DNA of 64,000 bases from contig OX597825.1 of the NCBI GenBank assembly GCA_951406725.2, positions 19,096,001-19,160,000 on the forward strand, written 5' to 3'. How positions within the stretch are numbered: the stretch's first letter is position 1; each line of letters opens with the position of its first letter. The position numbers and the translations under genes were made by a program. Below are positions 1-13,797 of the stretch, piece by piece. Source of the DNA: Octopus vulgaris (Eukaryota). Below the pieces are notes generated by a model that searched no databases, had not been told where the DNA came from, and saw nothing but the letters and a program-made list of their open reading frames with translations.

Positions 1-92
1 TACCTTTGGTAAATATATCTGTTAAAATGAAATGTCAGTGTTATTTTCATTTTTGCCTAAATAAAACGACAATATATTCACCGCATCTTGTG
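1..92 (+). mobile_element. 3' end/TIR of maT-family Tc1/mariner element (cut by window edge)
   Basis: gttaaaatgaaatgtcag...acgacaatatattcaccgcatcttg matches 36600-36679 and the reverse complement of 47181-47265. Confidence 0.7.
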
Positions 93-764
93 TGTGTGCG
101 TATGTGTGTGTGTGTGTATGTGCATGTGAGTGTGTGTGTGTGTGCTTGTGTGAGCTTGTGTGTGCTTGTGTGTGTTTGCGCGTGTGTGTTTGTGTAGAGT
201 TTCATCCTACACAGAACTTCCAAATCGTTAGAGTGTACTGAATTTCCTACATTTAATCAGATATCACTCTCTATTCACTCAAACATACCTTAAGCTTTTC
301 AGCTCGTACATCTTCGATATCGGGTATTTCGTACGAATCATAATTTCTCACTTCTAAACTTATATATGCTCATGTGGGCCCAAAGATGCATCTCCGTGTA
401 TACATCTCTCTTCAAGCTAACTCATGACTTTCAAAATACATCAATATATCTATGTAAGCTATCCTGCCTCTCTGAAGAAATTTTATAGCCCAGATCTGTA
501 AGATATGAAGACGGCCTTCAAGAGGAGTATGCATGTCTAAGTCTTCGATATTTTCATTCATTCAGGTAAAAAAAACATGAATAATTTCGCTCTCAGCTTA
601 GAATTTATCTGGAATCATAGAACCGGGGTATAGACGATCAATTAAATAATATTGAAGACTGTTGGTCATGTCAGTACATACTTAAACGAGCTGCCAGTGT
701 ATGGACTTTCACTAACTGAAACACTCAGGATTGACAAGCACCCTACTGAATATTTTAGCTATCA

Positions 765-899
765 CTAGATGAGTGAACTTTTGGAAAAGTTCCAATCGCA
801 ATAGGGTTCTAATGTATAAAAATCTGTTTCAGGAAATTCCAGTGAGTCTAGCAGATTAATTTTCTTCTGTAGTGATAGATTCTGAGTGAGAATAATCCT
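765..899 (-). other. Candidate exon of an unknown minus-strand gene
   Basis: Minus strand has branch-like cttaac, a T12 tract and gttttcag|AGGATT; frames give RIILTQ...SSLI* or (E)DYSHSESITTEEN*; no homology recognised. Confidence 0.25.
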
Positions 900-1131
900 C
901 TGAAAACAAAAAAAAAAAATGTTAAGTAGCAATATTTTGAAAACATGACGATATTTATTCAATGAATATAACTCTTATTGGTTTTGCCGTTACATGAATT
1001 TCTTTTCACAACTTTTAAACTTATCGTCTGATTAACCACAGACACAGACACATACAGGCGCATACAGAGCACAAGTTATATCTATGTATGCAGGTATGTA
1101 TCTACAGATATAATTATATATATATATATAT

Positions 1132-1167
1132 TCTCTCTCTCTCTCGATGCTCACACGTGACCATCGT

Positions 1168-1253
<86 letters not shown>

Positions 1254-1289
1254 TCTCTCTCTCTCTCGTTGGTCACATGTGACCATCGT

Positions 1290-1355
<66 letters not shown>

Positions 1356-1395
1356 ACGATGGTCACATGTGACCAACGAGAGAGAGAGAGAGAGA
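1132..1395. repeat. (TA)n-centred palindrome plus an upstream tandem copy of one arm
   Basis: ctctcgttggtcacatgtgaccatcgtcca-(TA)n-tggacgatggtcacatgtgaccaacgagag; diverged arm copy at 1132-1170. Confidence 0.9.
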
Positions 1396-1679
1396 GTATG
1401 AGAGACAGATAGAAAACAGTGTGAGAAAAAGGGAATTCGAGAAGGCCCTTCTTTCTTTCCTTTTAGGATGTCCTAAAGACTGGACGTCTTCTATCTATTC
1501 TTTTTTCAAAGAAAATATTTCTCCAGTGTTCCCTATTTTACCCTCGTTCTGGTTTAACGACCCTCCACGTTCCTTTTCGTTTAGTTTCCTTGTATGTCTC
1601 CACTGTCCTATTTTTGTTGCCAACTTTAACCCTCCATAAATCTAAAATTTTATTTTAGTATTTATGAGAGCAACTGTCT

Positions 1680-1990
1680 TCGAAGACTCATATTGTCATT
1701 CAACGCGCGAAATGAGGAGTAGATTGACAGCTAATAATTGATGAAGGGTCGTTCCTTGTGTTACTTGTCTTGTTTTCCATTTCTTCTCTCCTTGTTCGCA
1801 TATTTAACTCACTTGTTTTCGCATTTCATTTTGTTTATTGTAGGTGACGTCCTGTACCCATATATGCATTTGTTCGAAAGAATAGTTCATGTTCCCTGTT
1901 ACTTGTGCTTCGCATTTTTTTTTGTAAACCTTTCGTGACATCCTATGCCCACATATGCATATATATGTACATATACGTATGTATATATGC
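1680..1990 (+). mobile_element. Dispersed non-coding repeat, probably PLE-terminus derived
   Basis: gaaa..ggagtagat..tgaNgaaggg..ttccttg..gtcctgtacccatatatgca shared with 36685-36960. Confidence 0.55.
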
Positions 1991-2004
1991 ATACATATAT
2001 TATT

Positions 2005-2052
<48 letters not shown>

Positions 2053-2098
2053 TCGATTCGATTCGTTTGGTTTCGTTTCGTTTCTTCTTCTCTAAGCT

Positions 2099-2159
<61 letters not shown>

Positions 2160-2385
2160 TACAAAATTAGAAAATGGAGAAACATACTTAAATCAATAAA
2201 ACATCAACTATCAGATGATACCCAATCAATACTTTATTACACCATTACATATCAGTAAAGGCATTATACAAAATATATAGTAAATGTAAATAGACAAAGA
2301 GATATAAGTATAAAATTTCAAATATAATATGTAATTAAATCATATCTGACAGCTGTTTCGGCAAGGGCAGTCATACCTCATTTAA
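2160..2385 (-). mobile_element. (TA)n-flanked cassette with truncated hammerhead
   Basis: Minus strand aaatgag-GGTA..TGCC-GAAA-CAGCTG-TC-agata (2343-2383); same stem III as 21829 and 62941. Confidence 0.55.
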
Positions 2386-2417
2386 CCTATATATATATAT
2401 ATACATATGAATCTATG

Positions 2418-2510
<93 letters not shown>

Positions 2511-2511
2511 A

Positions 2512-2715
2512 TAGGGAGAGTTTACGAGAAAAAGAAAAGACGAAGACAGGTGGTGTACAAAATAAACATATGTATTAGTATAACGCTCAGGAATAGAATA
2601 AAGTCTTTTACGTTTCGAGCCTACGCTCTTCTACAGAAAGGGACACAGAAAAAAACAAGAGAGAAAAAAATGTGTGTAGTGGCTAACGATCTATCATGGC
2701 GACTAGTGCCGGACA
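2512..2715 (-). mobile_element. (TA)n-embedded repeat carrying a variant hammerhead
   Basis: Reverse-complement copy of 10517-10702. Confidence 0.8.
2605..2640 (-). ncRNA. Minimal hammerhead-like motif, non-canonical core CUGUAGA
   Basis: cttt-CTGTAGA-A-GAGC gtag GCTC-GAAA-CG-TA-aaag. Confidence 0.6.
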
Positions 2716-2725
2716 GATATATATA

Positions 2726-2759
<34 letters not shown>

Positions 2760-3489
2760 TGAGTGTGTGTGTGTGAATATATGTATATATATATATGTAT
2801 ATGTATGTGTATACATGTGTATGTATATATGTATATATATATATATAGATATATGTATGTATGTATATGTGTATGTATGTGTGTGTGTGTGTGTGTGTGT
2901 GTAATTTGGTATTGCATGGTTTGTGTCAGAAACAAATTTAGAACTGAAAGAAGAACCATAGAGCATTATACGGTTGTTGTGTTTTTCCTGACAGCGAGTA
3001 ACTTGACGCATCCATACTATGAGCTTCATTTCCTGAAGCAGTAAATACCCCGATTTTTTTTTTTTTTAGCAAGAAACGAACATTTACCTATTTTTTTATA
3101 TTAGCGCTTCTTAATGACTTTTAACTCAATACTGTTATCATTCTCCTCTGAGTTCAACATCCTGGTAATAATAAGGATTTCTCCTATTGGTGATTATAGC
3201 TGAATCGAACTATTTTTCAATATTTCACCTGCGAAGATAGCTTTCTTTCGCCTTTACATTTCGGAAATTCACTGTTTATAGAGTTTGAATAAACTGACTT
3301 AAGTAGATGGATTCTTTTTTTTTTTCTTCTTTATTATAGAAATATCACTAGCCTGGCTGCTGCTCTTTTTTACACTCTGTACTTCATTTTTCCCTATCTT
3401 TAATGTCTCCACACTACATTAAGTCGCAGCTACCATCGCGTTTAACTTTCTTCTTTATAGACATTCTCTTTCAAATCTCTCTCTCTCAA

Positions 3490-3575
<86 letters not shown>

Positions 3576-3627
3576 GGTTATGAATCTATATATATGCATA
3601 TGAATATATATATATATCTTATATGTT

Positions 3628-3668
<41 letters not shown>

Positions 3669-3747
3669 GGTTATGTATCTATATATATGCATATGAATAT
3701 ATATACATATATCTTATCATGTGTTTATATATGTATATATATATATT

Positions 3748-3783
<36 letters not shown>

Positions 3784-4179
3784 ACATTCATGATTTATTT
3801 CTTTTATAATATAACGTAATTTTTACTTTTTTTTCCATGTGTTCATTTTATATCAAGAAGCCTTACAGCGTAGCTCGTTTGTTTTCTGGAAAAATGCTCA
3901 GTGCACCTCTCTTCTTGTCTTACCGGTTAAGCTGTAATGAAGAATCATTTCGTTTAAAGCTGCCGTACATCTAAAGAGGCCTTGGCTTCTCGAGGAATAA
4001 TCACTCGGTAATAGCACAGGTCTTTCAGCCAACAGAATAACAAAACATAACAGAATTCAACGACGGTGCTTATAAGTATATGTAGCGTACTCATTATTTT
4101 CATTTCAGTAGATGTCTGCAAACACAGCTGTGGCACTGAGATTTGAAATAAGGCATTGGAAGATGATGGCATTTAAAAT

Positions 4180-4295
4180 TCCTTTCTACTGTTAGCACAT
4201 TTTATGGGAGGGGGTAAATTGATTATATCAACCACTGTTCTCAATTACTACTTATTTGATCGACCCCGAATGGATGAGCGTCGATTTCGGTGAAT
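4180..4295 (-). mobile_element. SINE family A, diverged fragment
   Basis: tacttatttgatcgaccccgaatggatga core. Confidence 0.6.
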
Positions 4296-4879
4296 TGCAC
4301 ATAAAATTAATCGCGAGTCACTATTGAGACGTGTTTCCAACTCCACCTGAGCAACTATTACACAGGATTTGCAACTATGCTAAACATCTTATAGAAAGCT
4401 AAGCCAAACATATGATACTTATATATAGACTCTTTGACAGTTACGAGATATTTTAGATTTTGTTATTGGAAAATGTTTGTGCAACCTTATAATATTTTCA
4501 AATAATTTAACCTATTCATACATTAATAGTCATAATGTCAGGTCTCTCTTAGAAATGTACCATTAGTAACCAAAGCATTTCTTTCTATATTTCATAACAA
4601 ATGAGGAAGAAATCCACTTATGACCAAAGGAATAACAATTTAGATTACGCTGCGTAAGAAGGACTTACTAAGTTTTCTTTGCTTATTCATTTATCGCTGT
4701 GATTTAAACATCTGCTTTGTTTGTTAGAGTTTCAATACTCACAGCACGAATATACATAAGTTCTGCTATTTACAATGCACAGTTTTACTTCAATAGAGTT
4801 ATTATTTATATCCACACTAAAATAAAAATTAGAGTGCATTATTTTCTACACAAATTGTCGACAAAGATGATTAGGGTGA

Positions 4880-5050
4880 AGCACTCCGTACGTTCGCTAA
4901 ATCGTAGTCTCAGTTCCCAGATCACCGATGTGTTGTGAAGTAAATCACCTTATTTCACTTTGCTCCAGTCCTCTTACCTCTAAATGGATAACCTTGCAGT
5001 GGACAAGCATGGAATTCAGGGAGAACGTTGGCCTGCGCTATGAGACTATG
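4880..5050 (+). mobile_element. SINE family C variant, highly diverged
   Basis: atttcactttgctccagtcc...gcagtggac shared with 16324-16556 and 53189-53441. Confidence 0.45.
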
Positions 5051-5227
5051 GGGTGACATCATTCGAAAGCTATAACAAGGAAACATAATTGGATCTGCGG
5101 CTTATAACAACATCCGATAATCTTGTCGGTACAATGATGCAGCGATATTCGATAAATGAATAGTGAAATAGTAAAGACAGGATACTTACTAACAACTGCA
5201 ACACGACAGGATCGTGCTGATTTCGTT

Positions 5228-5645
5228 AAATTCAATTCAATTAAATTCAATTTTTATTGGCTCAAAAAGCAAAAGCAAGGCCATGTAGGAGGACAGGGAG
5301 TTATGTACAGGGAGGGTAGTCATTCAAGGAGTTCAGGCCATTTCTGGTCAAGAGAGACTTTAAACCGTGCAGTCGTCGGCATCTTCACTAACTCGTCTGG
5401 CAGCTTATTCCACGGATGCGCAACCCGGACGGAGAAAGCCCCTCTCCTTCGATTGAGATGAAATCGTCGTAGATAGAGCTTTTCGGAGTGACCCCGCAGC
5501 CGACGCTCTGGAGCAGGAGTGAAGAACAGCTCTTTCGAAAGGTTACACTTTCCGCTTATGATGTTGTGAGCGAGAATGAGATCACCACGGCGTCGTCGTT
5601 TTTCGAGAGAAAAAGGGTCGAGCGTCTTCAGCCTTTCTTCATAAA
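5228..5645 (-). mobile_element. CR1-clade LINE, 5'-truncated 3' fragment
   Basis: YEERLKTL..FSLEKRRRRGDLI..RGH..FSVRV..WNKLP (CR1 ORF2 C-terminus), stop at 5320, then AATAAA and (ATTGA)n tail. Confidence 0.9.
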
Positions 5646-6829
5646 ACAAATTCCTATATCTTGTAACAGAGAAATTAATTCGAAAATTGTTTAGCCAATT
5701 CGCACTTTACTCCAACATAGACTTGTACTTTATTAAATACAAGTGGTAACTGTAATTATAAACCGAAAATGGGTCTTCCACCTAACTAAATTATTTGAAG
5801 GCAGAACGTAGTAAAAAACCTAATTGCTTTGCTTTGCTTTCTCCATTTTTTAAACAAACTTTAATATTCCAAAATCATTTGTAACAAGAACGTCTATTTA
5901 TGATTAACAAGTATCCAATATTGTAAGACGATGCAACACAGAGATATTATTAATTTAGTACATTCTTCCTTCTTCTCATTCCAGTCAAGTGGAGTGTCAG
6001 CAACAGATGAGGCTGTTCAGTTAAAGTACGGCTTATGTAGCATGAGTTTCTGGGACTATTATCATCGGTTCCCTGCTGGCTCTTTCATAAACTTAATTTA
6101 GTCAGAGAAATTTGAAAATCCAAGTGGGAGATAAACTTCAATCAATTAAAATATTGTAGAAGCATCAGTATTTTATCTTATTGGATGCTTTTCTGCATTT
6201 AGCCCTGCAGAAACCGGATTCTTGTTTAGAAATAAAAATTACATGGTAATAAAATATTAGGCGGTTTTTACACCTGAAAGCAGTCGCAGATTTTATTGCT
6301 TCCTCGTACCGGGAGGCTTGAGAAAGACATGCAGCGTGGAATAAATCAAATTAAATTACATTTAAATATACTTTACATTTATTTATTCATTTATTTTCTG
6401 CCAAATATCTGTATGTATTTATTGATTTATTATAATTTTGTCGTTTAGCAAACTCTAAATATTCTGCAATAAAAAAAATTGCGTGCAAAAGCTTACAGAT
6501 ATCCACACATATACATACACTTGTGTACGAACGAATACGTATACACAAACATCAATGCGTACAAACTCCAACATATATATGTGCATATGTACAAATATTG
6601 AATTCCATGACTACATACATATTTAGTTATTCATTTAATGAATAGGATTGGTAAGACGATTTTGGAATTAACAATTTATTTTTTCCAAGAATTCTATAAA
6701 TATGCAATGATGTGTTTTTAAACTCATATTATACACAAAGTAATCTGGAAGTATAATATTTCATCATTCGTAGATGGAGAACTAAAGCATACACAGTTCC
6801 TGTCGAGTGAGGGTTTCAATGTCTAATTT

Positions 6830-7450
6830 CTTTTAATAATCGGTTTGTGAACGGGAACATCATCTTCGTTGACCCTAGACGCAGTCACTGAAGGTTTTGA
6901 GAAACTGGGCAGAAGGACTGGAGAGAGGGATAAGTTTAGGCTATAAAGTACATATACACAATATGATTGACGGGTGGTGTTGAGATGTTTGCTTAAGATA
7001 TGCCTGCGGGGAAGGACATGCATTCAGCTACGTGAAAAATGTTTGCAATCGAAGGGGCGAGTGTTCCATATAGTTAATAGGTGGACAGATTAGCAAGGCA
7101 TTTTGCGAGCTAAATACTGACAAATATTTGATGAGGTGGAAGGTCATTATTTACGCGAAATTATCATTTAATGGAGAAACAAACAGAGGTGAGTTGTTCA
7201 CTGGTAAATATGACTTGAAAGAAGTCATGCTAATCGTCATTAGAAGGAAGCGACTCTGAGAAGCTGGTGAAGTTGGTGGTTGAGGTTTCCTATGTTGGAA
7301 GAGGTAGCATTGCGTGGTCAGCTGAAGAGACCATGAAGTATAACCTCATTGAAAAGGAAGCATAATTGCATGAAGTATAACTCTGAGGGTGAAAGACAAG
7401 AAGTTCAGAGAAAGACTTGCTGACTTTAAATGTCCAATGTTAGGGTTTTG
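6830..7450 (-). pseudogene. Possible ancient retroelement RT relic (PLE-like)
   Basis: Frameshifted traces resembling RYIDD, NSFHP.LKY and SQFL..CS.EDD; weak. Confidence 0.25.
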
Positions 7451-7620
7451 CTCTTGGACACATTATTTAAGCTTACTAGAATAAAGTACACGAGTGCTGC
7501 TTGTCATGATAATTAGATGCATTTTACAGAACGTTCCTGCGATGCATTTTCACCATTAAACAATGGTACCTACATACATACATATATACATGCATATATA
7601 TATATATATATATATATATA

Positions 7621-7783
7621 GGCATAGGAGTGGCTGTATGGTAAGTAGTTTGCTTACCAACCACATGGTTCCGGGTTCATTCTCACTGCGTGGCACCTTG
7701 GGCAAGTATCTCCTACTATAGCCCTCGACCGACCAAAGCCTTGTGAGTGGATTTGGTAGACGGAAACTGAAAGAAACACGTCG
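7621..7783 (+). mobile_element. SINE family B, 5' half ending in (TA)n(CA)n
   Basis: tRNA-like head with A box tggctgtatggt and B box ggttcattct; matches 40533-40686. Confidence 0.9.
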
Positions 7784-7903
<120 letters not shown>

Positions 7904-8479
7904 CGCGCGCACGCACGCATACACACACAACCACACACGCATATATACATGCTAGCTAGAAGGAAAATGGGCAAACGCCGATTTACTTCATGAAACACGA
8001 AAGAGGTTTGAGTGCAGAACGTGACGTTGGTCAGAAATAAAAGAGTTGTAATCATTTCAAGTGAATAATAAAATAGATTTATTATTCAATATCAATTGCC
8101 ATTTTTTAAATGAAGGAGCTGAAAGATCTGTGTCACAAAGCAGGATAAGACACTTTAGACTAGATATTTATTGGTTTTAGAGTGAACAGTTAATGGCCGT
8201 ACAAGAAAAAGAAGTGCAGTGCTCATAATATTTTTTCAGAAATTGTTGAGAGAAAGGGGTGTAGTTATCATGAATCCAGAGATCTAAATTGAAAGCTTGA
8301 AAAATACTGTCCCAGCTATATAACCGAATAATGTGACCTATTTTACAATCAAACATAGATCTAAATGCATTCGTATGGCAATCGTGCCATACGAGATTTT
8401 GTATCTAAATTCTCAGGATTAAGATAATACCTCGCTACCATCCAGTTCAGATCTTTTGAAATTATATAAAAGAAACATA

Positions 8480-8711
8480 AGGCGACGAGCTGGCAGAAAC
8501 TTTAGCACGCTAGGCGAAATGCGTAGCCGTATTTCGTCTGTCGTTATGTTCCGAGTTCAAATTCCGCCGAGGTTGACTTTGCCTTTCATCCTTTCCGGGT
8601 CGATAAATTAAGTACCAGTTACGCACTGGGTTCAATGTAATCGACTTAATCCCTTTGTCTGTCCTTGTTTGTCGACTCTGTGTTTAGCCCCTTCTGGGTA
8701 GTAAAGAAATA
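8480..8711 (+). mobile_element. SINE family A, full length
   Basis: Head ggcgacgagctggcagaa, B box gagttcaaattcc, core gcctttcatcctttccgggtcgataaattaagtacc. Confidence 0.92.
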
Positions 8712-9296
8712 TATATTAAAGAAACATACTAGAATTGGTAGTTTCACTATTGTAGATTCTCAAATAGTATTATTTCAATGGTGAGTGTGCATTTCACTAT
8801 ATAAGGCTCATAAAAGTACTCCAAATAATTTTGTTCGCACGGCTTCGGCGACAGTCATTTTACTCTAGAAATCTTGACCATCTACTTAATCAAATAAAAT
8901 CAATAATATTTGTGGTCAATATTAAAGACAAAGTAGATTATCAACCGAGGATAACATTACAATTACAATAAAGCATCTCCTAAACTAATATAAACTAATT
9001 AATTTCTTTTAATTCCTAGTAAATTACATAGAGAAGTAGATTAACTATTATTTGCACTAACAAATGTCAAATTATAAATGTCTCTAGCAAACGTACGCGC
9101 TCGTAAATTTCTGAATTCATCAGCAATGACCGATGTTATGGATTAATATTCGACGAGATGAGAATATGTCTGCCATTTCGTTGAAGTTCTATGACGTAAA
9201 CGCGAGCGTGACATGAAGTTATTATGAAATATCTATATTCCAATTTTCATCTGCAATAAAGTTCTTCTTTCCTTCTTTCTTCCCAGTTATATATAT

Positions 9297-9345
<49 letters not shown>

Positions 9346-9557
9346 GTGTGTGTGTGTGTGTGTCTGTGTGGCAATAGATTCATATGACGCCGGTAAAGGT
9401 TAACTGTTTCCATATGTGTATATATGTTTTTATGAGGGCATATGTAATTGCACCCACCCACATACACGCATACACACACAAAAAAGACACACACATACAC
9501 ACACGTATGCACGTACACATACGCATACACACACACACACACACACAGAAAAGTGAG

Positions 9558-9975
9558 AGAGGGTGCGTGAGAAATTTGAGGGCATTTCATTATCAGTTTA
9601 CTACTCTAAACTATGAAGACATTATTATTTCTTTCAGATACCCAAAATCAGAGAAAATGCCAGCAAAGAAAAATAAAAAAAAAATGTATAGGCATATAGT
9701 CATTGGTGCCATTGCTACGGAACTCATCAATTTAGAAATCAAAAACTTTCTAAACGTTTTAAGATATGTGTACACGAACTTAAGGTGGAATTGAAATGAG
9801 AATTTTTGAACTCTAAAGAGAAAACAGCTTCAAAAGATATTCCACGATGATCCTTGAAAAACAATGATGGCTCTCGCGAAAGAACTAGGTGTGCAGGAGA
9901 GGACTGTCAGAATTGTGGTGCATGAGGGTATTCGATTCAAGCCATATGTACTTCGACAAAGACTAAAAGTCTAAC
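9558..9975 (+). mobile_element. maT/Tc1-mariner transposase N-terminal (HTH) relic
   Basis: DDP*KTMMALAKELGVQERTVRIVVHEGIRFKPYVLRQ at about 9845-9960; TIR-like gagggtgcgtgagaaattt. Confidence 0.65.
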
Positions 9976-10055
9976 AGGAAATGTGATAGATGGTCATGTT
10001 CTGCTCCTTCTGATGTCCTCAGAATGATGCACGCTGAGTACACACATATATATAA

Positions 10056-10220
10056 ACGACGGGCTCCTTTCAGTTTTCGTCTACGAAATCCACTCACAAG
10101 GCTTTGGTCTGCCCGAGGCTATAGTAGAAGACAGTTACCCAAGGTACCACGCAGTGGACTGAACCCGGAATCATGTGGTTGGGAAGAAGCATGTTTCGTA
10201 CCACACAACCACTCCTGCGG
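10056..10220 (-). mobile_element. SINE family B, 5' half
   Basis: Reverse complement of 7621-7783. Confidence 0.85.
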
Positions 10221-10281
10221 GAATATATATATATATATATTGATAAGAAAGAGACCTCGATATTATGTAAATAGAGGAATT

Positions 10282-10481
10282 TAATATGTGAAAATTATTC
10301 GGTAGTCAAGATAAAACTCTGAGTTTCGGATGCCGAGGTGGAAATCCACGCCGCCATCGCTTAAGTTATTCATAGCGTTTTTCCGATGGCCGGATAACTG
10401 AAGAGATGGTGGCGTGGATTTCCACCTCGGCATCCGAAACTCGGAGTTTTATCTTGGCTACCGAATAATTGTCACATATTA
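10282..10481. repeat. Inverted repeat with about 88-bp arms, each a hammerhead copy
   Basis: Arms 10282-10369 and 10394-10481, few mismatches, 24-bp spacer. Confidence 0.9.
10392..10455 (+). ncRNA. Type I hammerhead ribozyme
   Basis: gataa-CTGAAGA-GATG..gtggatttccac..CATC-c-GAAA-CTC g GAG-TT-ttatc; predicted cut after GUU at 10448. Confidence 0.75.
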
Positions 10482-10516
10482 CATTTACAGATATATATAT
10501 ATACACACACACACAT

Positions 10517-11000
<484 letters not shown>

Positions 11001-12199
11001 GTATATATTTATATATATATATGAGCATATCTGCATGTTTGTATGTATGCAATAAGCACATGTGGTGTCCTTGGCAAATATATATGGAAAACAACCGCAA
11101 AGAAAAACGCTTGTACTATTTGGCTGGAAGTATGTAAGTTCAACGTTTGATGTTTAGGCAAGAAATAATACAGAAAAGGCTTAGCATATTATACTTTGCG
11201 ATCATCTATGAAATTGTGATGGGAGATCGCCATATTTGTCTTAAATGAGCAAGGAGAAAAATAGTTTTACTTCGTTGAACCTTAATGTCCATATCTGCTT
11301 AACCAATGTAACAGCTTTAGGTGTTGAATAAAGAAATCTTTCTCAAAGCGGAACCGTCCGCCATTAGTCGCACATCACTACCATTATTTAATTTACTATA
11401 TTCAATTTTCTCGTCGTTTATTCTTATACCCCACACACCCGGCACAACCGTTTTCCCTGCCAATTCATATCATCTAGCGCTTCTTCAGTCCTTCAATTGA
11501 GAAAATACTATGTTATCAGCCAATTGCAGACCCACCTCTTTTCGGTGTTTGTTTTATGAGGATACGGCCATTTCGTTTACATCAGGATTTGACTCCTTAT
11601 GCTGTGGTATATGATAAATAGGTATTGCGCTAGAGGCTTAGCCTGAAAAGTAATTTTATTATCACGTTGCTTTAGCCTTTATAATCACAAAAGTAGGTGC
11701 TCATCACTTATATATAGCATATTTCTTAGAACGTATATTGGAAATGAAAATAATGTGTCTTGAAGTCAATAAAACGTGAATAGTGTTGGTCACTGCTGCT
11801 GGTAATCACATAGGCGCTTACATGGAGGTATTATATAATGGTGCATTGTAAATAATCAATATAACTGCAAACATAAAACTTTACTTCTTCGTGTCTCCTT
11901 ACATGAAAATGAAGTCTTGCTTCTGTGTGCATGTGCAGACATGTATATATATACACGGACACACACATGCAAAGCCCACACATGTAAATATATATACTTA
12001 CATATATACAAACATGCATACATACAAACATACATACAGACAGACTTACATATACACTCGAAAAGGCACGACACGCAATATATGTGTTAATGTTTGTACA
12101 TGGGTATACTACACCCATTAGTTTGTATGTTTTTATGTATGTATGGATGAACATACGGGTAAAGAGAAATACAAGATCTTGGTATCTATTTTGTTTATC

Positions 12200-12625
12200 T
12201 TTTACCTTTTAGGTGTTTCACTCATTGGATTATGGCCATGCTGGGGCATTGTCTTGAAAGGTTTTAGTCCAATAAATCACTCCCTTGTACTCATTTCTAA
12301 GTCTGGTACTTCTTTTATTGGTCACTTTTGAAGTGTTACGGGGACATGAACATGAAACCAACACCAGTTGGCAGATGCTGGTACCAAACACACACAAAAA
12401 CACACATAGATGTATATACACACTCACTTTCTCACCGCACCCCACTCCCACAAATACACACACACACATATACACATATACATATATACAAATAAACACA
12501 CTTGACGGGCTTCCAGTCAATTTTCGTCTATCCGATTCACACCACAACCTATTGGTCGACTCTGAGATATATTGGAAGACACCAACAGACTACAGAAGGT
12601 TCCATGCAGTGGAACTGATTCAGAA
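12200..12625 (-). mobile_element. SINE family B, diverged near-complete copy
   Basis: ggccatgctggggca tail and gacgggcttccagtc body with internal (CA)/(TA) tract. Confidence 0.75.
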
Positions 12626-12691
12626 ACGTAGTGTGTATGTGTGTGTGTGTGTGTGTTTCTGCGCACGCGTTTGCATATATATGTGTGAACG

Positions 12692-12725
<34 letters not shown>

Positions 12726-13679
12726 CGTATAAGATATGAGGAGTTTAAGCCAAGGTAACCCAAAGTAATAGGTATGCGTTCTCAATACTCCAATAGTTAA
12801 TCCACCAACATTCCAGTTAGATCAGCGGATGGAGTTTTGGTGTGTGAAACCCTTGTTCGAAAAAATCTGACAGTTGGTGGCTTACCTTTGATTCAGTATG
12901 TATCGGTAAAAATATCGAGGAAAGCAAAAATTAGTCAAAACAGGAAGGACTATGGCATATAAATTCATTTAATTGAATACTAAAATAGTAAAGTAATACA
13001 AAACTGATAAAGAAAACTGAGATAGCCCCTGATAGTGCCAATGCAATACAAGCAAGTAAGCTAATGAGTAGTTTCGTTTCATTCATTACATTTCTGCTAT
13101 TGTCCTTAATACTGCGATTCAAATACAAAATATATTTTCTTTAAAATACATAAGTGGCTTCATTCAGGTACTGCAGGCTAAATTTTTATGTAGTTTCTAT
13201 TTAGAAAATTCTCATTAACTATATTTATGGAGCATAAACTAAAGTATATTAAGATAACAGAAATATATGAAATATCGAGAGTTAATTTTTACGCCCTTTT
13301 CCTTTATTTTTCCCTCCACCGGATCAACAAACTGCACATTAAGTACTAGGTTCAAGATTAAAAATAACAATGACTGCAAACCCTGAATGACCTTTCTTCA
13401 CTCTTAAAATCCTTATTATTTGTGTCTATGTATCTCTAATAAAAGTGATTTTATTGTTGCCATCTCTTCCTTGCAATTCTGTGACCTTCTGCCTATAGTA
13501 AAGTATATTTTACTTTTGATGAACCCGCTACTATATGTATGGTCCTGCTTATGAGGTGAGCAAACGTGTCAAATACAGCTTTCAGGAGGATTTGGTTTTA
13601 CTGTGGTGGTGTACTTAAATTTAAAAAGTTGACGTTTAATATATACCCCACTGAAAGATCTGGAAATGTATGTAATTAG

Positions 13680-13797
13680 TATGTACGTATGTATATATGT
13701 ATGTATGTATTTATGTATGTATGTATGTATGTATGTATGTATGTATGTATGTATGTATGTATGTATGTATGCATGTATGTATGTATTTATGTATGTA
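13680..13797. repeat. (TATG)n microsatellite
   Basis: Direct observation. Confidence 0.95.

Noticed and set aside
3915-4110. Minus-strand donor ccg|gtaag with several possible acceptors
   Set aside because: No unique acceptor or recognisable peptide
12880-13128. Minus-strand hydrophobic 65-aa ORF and an aag|gtaagc possible recursive splice site
   Set aside because: T-rich DNA yields hydrophobic ORFs by chance; weak AAG acceptor and no supporting evidence
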